Positions 37,002 to 39,640 of a DNA stretch of 39,640 bases are shown one piece after another (within the stretch, counting starts at the first letter, position 1; each line of letters starts with the position of its first letter). Below the pieces are notes generated by a model. The model was given only the letters and a program-made list of their open reading frames with translations. It ran no database searches and was not told the origin of the DNA. The translations under genes and the position numbers were made by a program. This stretch comes from a virus (lineage: Duplodnaviria; Heunggongvirae; Uroviricota; Caudoviricetes): the IMG/VR virus record IMGVR_UViG_2563366929_000005, one strand, 5' to 3'.

Positions 37002-39068
37002 GTGGATATGGCAGCAGTAAAAATCTCAGGTGTGCTGAAAGATGGTGCGGGAAAACCAATACAGAACTGCACTATTCAACTGAAGGCAAAGCGTAACAGC
37101 ACCACGGTACTGGTGAACACGGTGGCCTCTGAAAATCCGGATGAAGCCGGGCGTTACAGTATGGACGTTGAGTATGGTCAGTACAGCGTCACCCTGCTGG
37201 TTGAAGGTTTTCCACCTTCACATGCCGGGACCATTACCGTCTATGAAGGTTCCAGACCAGGTACGCTGAATGATTTTCTCGGTGCCATGACGGAGGATGA
37301 TGCCCGTCCGGAGGCACTGCGCCGTTTTGAGCTGATGGTGAATGAAGTGGCACGTCATGCCGGAGCGTCATCACAGAGTGCAGCGGCGGCAAAGAAATCC
37401 GAAACGGCAGCGGCATCATCGAAGAACGCGGCGAAAACCTCAGAAACGAATGCAGCTAACAGCGCACAGGCGGCAGCGGCCTCGCAGACTGCATCGGCAA
37501 ACTCCGCGACAGCAGCCAAAAAATCAGAAACCAGCGCGAAAAATAGCGAGACAGCCACAAAGGCCAGCGAAAAAAACGCAAAATCCAGCCAGACGGCAGC
37601 GAAAACCAGTGAGACGAATGCCAAAGACAGTGAAGCCAACGCAAAGGTGAGCGAAACAGCGGCGGCGAACTCGGCGAAAGCATCGGCAGCAAGCCAGGCG
37701 GCAGCAAAAGCAAGTGAAGATGCTGCCAGAGAATACGCAAACCAGACAGCAGAGCCGTACAGATATGTTTTACAGCCGCTGCCGGATGTGTGGATACCCT
37801 TTAATGATTCGCTGGATATGATTACGGGCTATTCTCCGGGTTATAAAAAAGTGAAGATTGGTGATAATGTGGTTCAGGTTGCCAGTGATAAACAGGTTAA
37901 TTTCAGTCGCGCATCAACGGCAACATATATCAACAAATCTGGCGAACTGAAAACGGCGGAAATTAATGAGCCACGATTTGAAAAAGAAGGTTTATTGATT
38001 GAAGGTCAGCGAACCAACTACATGTTGAATTCAGCAACTCCAGCTTCTTGGGGTAAATCTGCAAATATGAATGTCGCTGAGGTTGGAACTGATAGTTTTG
38101 GTTTTACTTATGGAAAGTTTGTTTGTAATGAATCATTAATTGGGCAAAGTACAACCCTTAATATGGCAGTAGTTTCAACCTCGGGGGCTGTCGATGTATC
38201 AGGCGATAATAAGTGTGTGACGACATCGTGCAGATTTAAAACGGATTTGGAACTCCTGTTAAGGATCAGGTTTGAAGCCTTCGATGGCAGCGCTTCATCT
38301 AATCTTGGATATGCCATTGTTAATACGCGGTCTTTATTGGTTGAAATCACCGGTGTAGCTGCCGACAGGCTCACCGCACGAGTTAACAAAGATGAAGCTA
38401 CGGGCTGGATTTTTGTAGAGGCAACGATTCAAGCAAGTAAAGAAACTTACATAACCTCTGCAATACAATACGCACCAAAAAAAGGTGGTGTCGTTGAATC
38501 TGGTGACTATATTTATTTGGCCACCCCTCAGGTTGAGGATGGTTCGTGTGTATCATCTTTTATTATATCAGGAACGACGGCGGCGACGCGCGCAAGCGAT
38601 ATGGTGACAGTTCCGATTAAGAATAATCTTTATAATCTTCCTTTTACGGTTCTTTGTGAGGTACATAAGAACTGGTATAAAACGCCAAATGCAGCACCGC
38701 GTGTTTTTGACACATACCGGCATCAGGCAGATGCGGGGATCGTAATGGGGTTTGGTTCATCAGGTGGGTACGACGGTTTTCCGTATTGTGATATAGGTGG
38801 TTCAGACCGACGAATAAATGAAAATGCCGGGCTGGAAAAAATGCTTATTGGTATGCGGGTAAAGTCCGAACGGTCCACATGTGTAGTCAGTAACGGTAAG
38901 TTAAGCAGCGAAACTAAAACCAAATGGGAATATATCCGGAGTACAGCAACCATTCGCATTGGTGGACAAACTACAGCAGGATTACGCCATTTATTTGGGC
39001 ATGTGAGGAATTTTCGTCTCTGGCATAAAGAGCTAACAGATGCGCAGCTTGGGGAGGTTGTGGAGTGA
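37002..39068 (+). CDS. stf: Side tail fibre protein (Stf-like N-terminus, Ala/Ser/Lys-rich repeats, divergent AT-rich C-terminal domain), 688 aa
   Basis: N-terminal 110 aa match lambda Stf from memory; low-complexity repeat segment 37360-37740; C-terminal domain AT-rich and not lambda-like. Confidence 0.75.
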   Translation: MDMAAVKISGVLKDGAGKPIQNCTIQLKAKRNSTTVLVNTVASENPDEAGRYSMDVEYGQYSVTLLVEGFPPSHAGTITVYEGSRPGTLNDFLGAMTEDDARPEALRRFELMVNEVARHAGASSQSAAAAKKSETAAASSKNAAKTSETNAANSAQAAAASQTASANSATAAKKSETSAKNSETATKASEKNAKSSQTAAKTSETNAKDSEANAKVSETAAANSAKASAASQAAAKASEDAAREYANQTAEPYRYVLQPLPDVWIPFNDSLDMITGYSPGYKKVKIGDNVVQVASDKQVNFSRASTATYINKSGELKTAEINEPRFEKEGLLIEGQRTNYMLNSATPASWGKSANMNVAEVGTDSFGFTYGKFVCNESLIGQSTTLNMAVVSTSGAVDVSGDNKCVTTSCRFKTDLELLLRIRFEAFDGSASSNLGYAIVNTRSLLVEITGVAADRLTARVNKDEATGWIFVEATIQASKETYITSAIQYAPKKGGVVESGDYIYLATPQVEDGSCVSSFIISGTTAATRASDMVTVPIKNNLYNLPFTVLCEVHKNWYKTPNAAPRVFDTYRHQADAGIVMGFGSSGGYDGFPYCDIGGSDRRINENAGLEKMLIGMRVKSERSTCVVSNGKLSSETKTKWEYIRSTATIRIGGQTTAGLRHLFGHVRNFRLWHKELTDAQLGEVVE

Positions 39069-39343
39069 GAGATTTCACGTTGCGTTTCAGTGATAAAGCA
39101 GATTTCAGGGCATTTCTCAGGAAACTTAACTGGGAAGAGGACGAAGAGCTGCAGAATGCCGTTCTGGTTGATGAGATTGGTTTTACGTTCAGGGAGACAG
39201 ATGTTTCTGATGACGGAGAACCAGAATACACGCGAAACGAAGGGTACTTTGTTAATATCCGTCTTCTTGACGATGGATTTGATGATTCCGTGTTCCGTGA
39301 GTGGGTGGTTACACCAGAGCGCCCGCTCAGGGAGTGGTTTTAA
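39065..39343 (+). CDS. Hypothetical acidic protein (92 aa) downstream of stf
   Basis: Start overlaps the stf stop; no resemblance to lambda Tfa. Confidence 0.4.
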   Translation: MRDFTLRFSDKADFRAFLRKLNWEEDEELQNAVLVDEIGFTFRETDVSDDGEPEYTRNEGYFVNIRLLDDGFDDSVFREWVVTPERPLREWF

Positions 39344-39352
39344 GGATAGCAG

Positions 39353-39640
39353 ATGGATATCACGTCGATACTTCATGCGCTTTGTGCCGTGGCGGTGCAG
39401 GTACTGGCTGGTCTTTTTACCGGAAACTGGGCTTACGGGGCGATAGCCGGTTGTACGTTCTTCATTGCGCGTGAACACACCCAGGCAGAATATCGCTGGA
39501 TTGAAATGTTCGGGCATGGCAAGCGGATTAACATGCCGTGGTGGGGCGGTTTTGATCCACGTGCGTGGGATGTGGCAAGCCTGATGGATTTTGCTGTGCC
39601 GGTGGTGGCGTGTCTGCTGATCTGGATGTTGATCCGTTAA
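39353..39640 (+). CDS. Hypothetical membrane protein (95 aa) at the window end
   Basis: Two hydrophobic segments (ALCAVAVQVLAGLF and FAVPVVACLLIWMLI); stop codon at the last bases of the window. Confidence 0.4.
   Translation: MDITSILHALCAVAVQVLAGLFTGNWAYGAIAGCTFFIAREHTQAEYRWIEMFGHGKRINMPWWGGFDPRAWDVASLMDFAVPVVACLLIWMLIR

Noticed and set aside
37342-37650. Extremely Arg/Gln/Pro-rich 102-aa ORF in an alternative frame of stf
   Set aside because: Alternate-frame artefact of the GCN-rich repeat region of the tail fibre.
38723-39517. 264-aa minus-strand ORF overlapping the stf 3' end and downstream genes
   Set aside because: Overlaps three plus-strand genes that have proper starts and coupling; likely an antisense artefact.

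Overview
This window is a near-complete lambdoid prophage, read left to right as follows. (1) A P4-type tyrosine integrase at the left edge, followed by an AT-rich 377-aa orphan gene in the integrase-proximal cargo slot. (2) A leftward early operon (AlpA-type excisionase, DUF551 proteins, HD-domain phosphohydrolase, DUF2303 protein, small unknowns). (3) An immunity region with a CI-type repressor (HTH plus S24 peptidase) and a divergent Cro-like gene. (4) Rightward early genes: CII-like regulator, O-like replication initiator with embedded iteron origin, LexA-DBD-only protein, RusA, KilA-N protein, DUF968 protein, Q-type antiterminator with a downstream intrinsic terminator. (5) A DNA-methylase C-terminal remnant, three tRNA genes (CAU, UCG, UCU anticodons) and about 400 bp of structured non-coding DNA. 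(6) A phage-21-type lysis cassette (dual-start pinholin, SAR endolysin, Rz/Rz1) with an extra 116-aa gene between holin and endolysin. (7) An opposite-strand moron encoding a YfbU-like protein. (8) Packaging and head genes (HNH endonuclease, P27-family small terminase, large terminase, HK97-type portal, protease, capsid) and a lambda-like tail module (V-like tube with Ig domain, G/G-T frameshift chaperone, tape measure, M, L, K, I, J, lom, stf with a divergent C-terminal domain). No CRISPR array or rRNA was seen. The best candidate for an undescribed system is in the AT-rich region between the leftward early operon and cI (about 6990-7840), the position lambda uses for rexAB. It holds a rightward-transcribed 164-aa two-transmembrane protein preceded and followed by three Shine-Dalgarno-led micro-ORFs (29, 24 and 22 aa) that each end in a cationic polyproline tail. 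The second candidate is the 377-aa AT-rich orphan next to the integrase. All family assignments are from reading the translations and from recalled knowledge of phage families; no database search was run.
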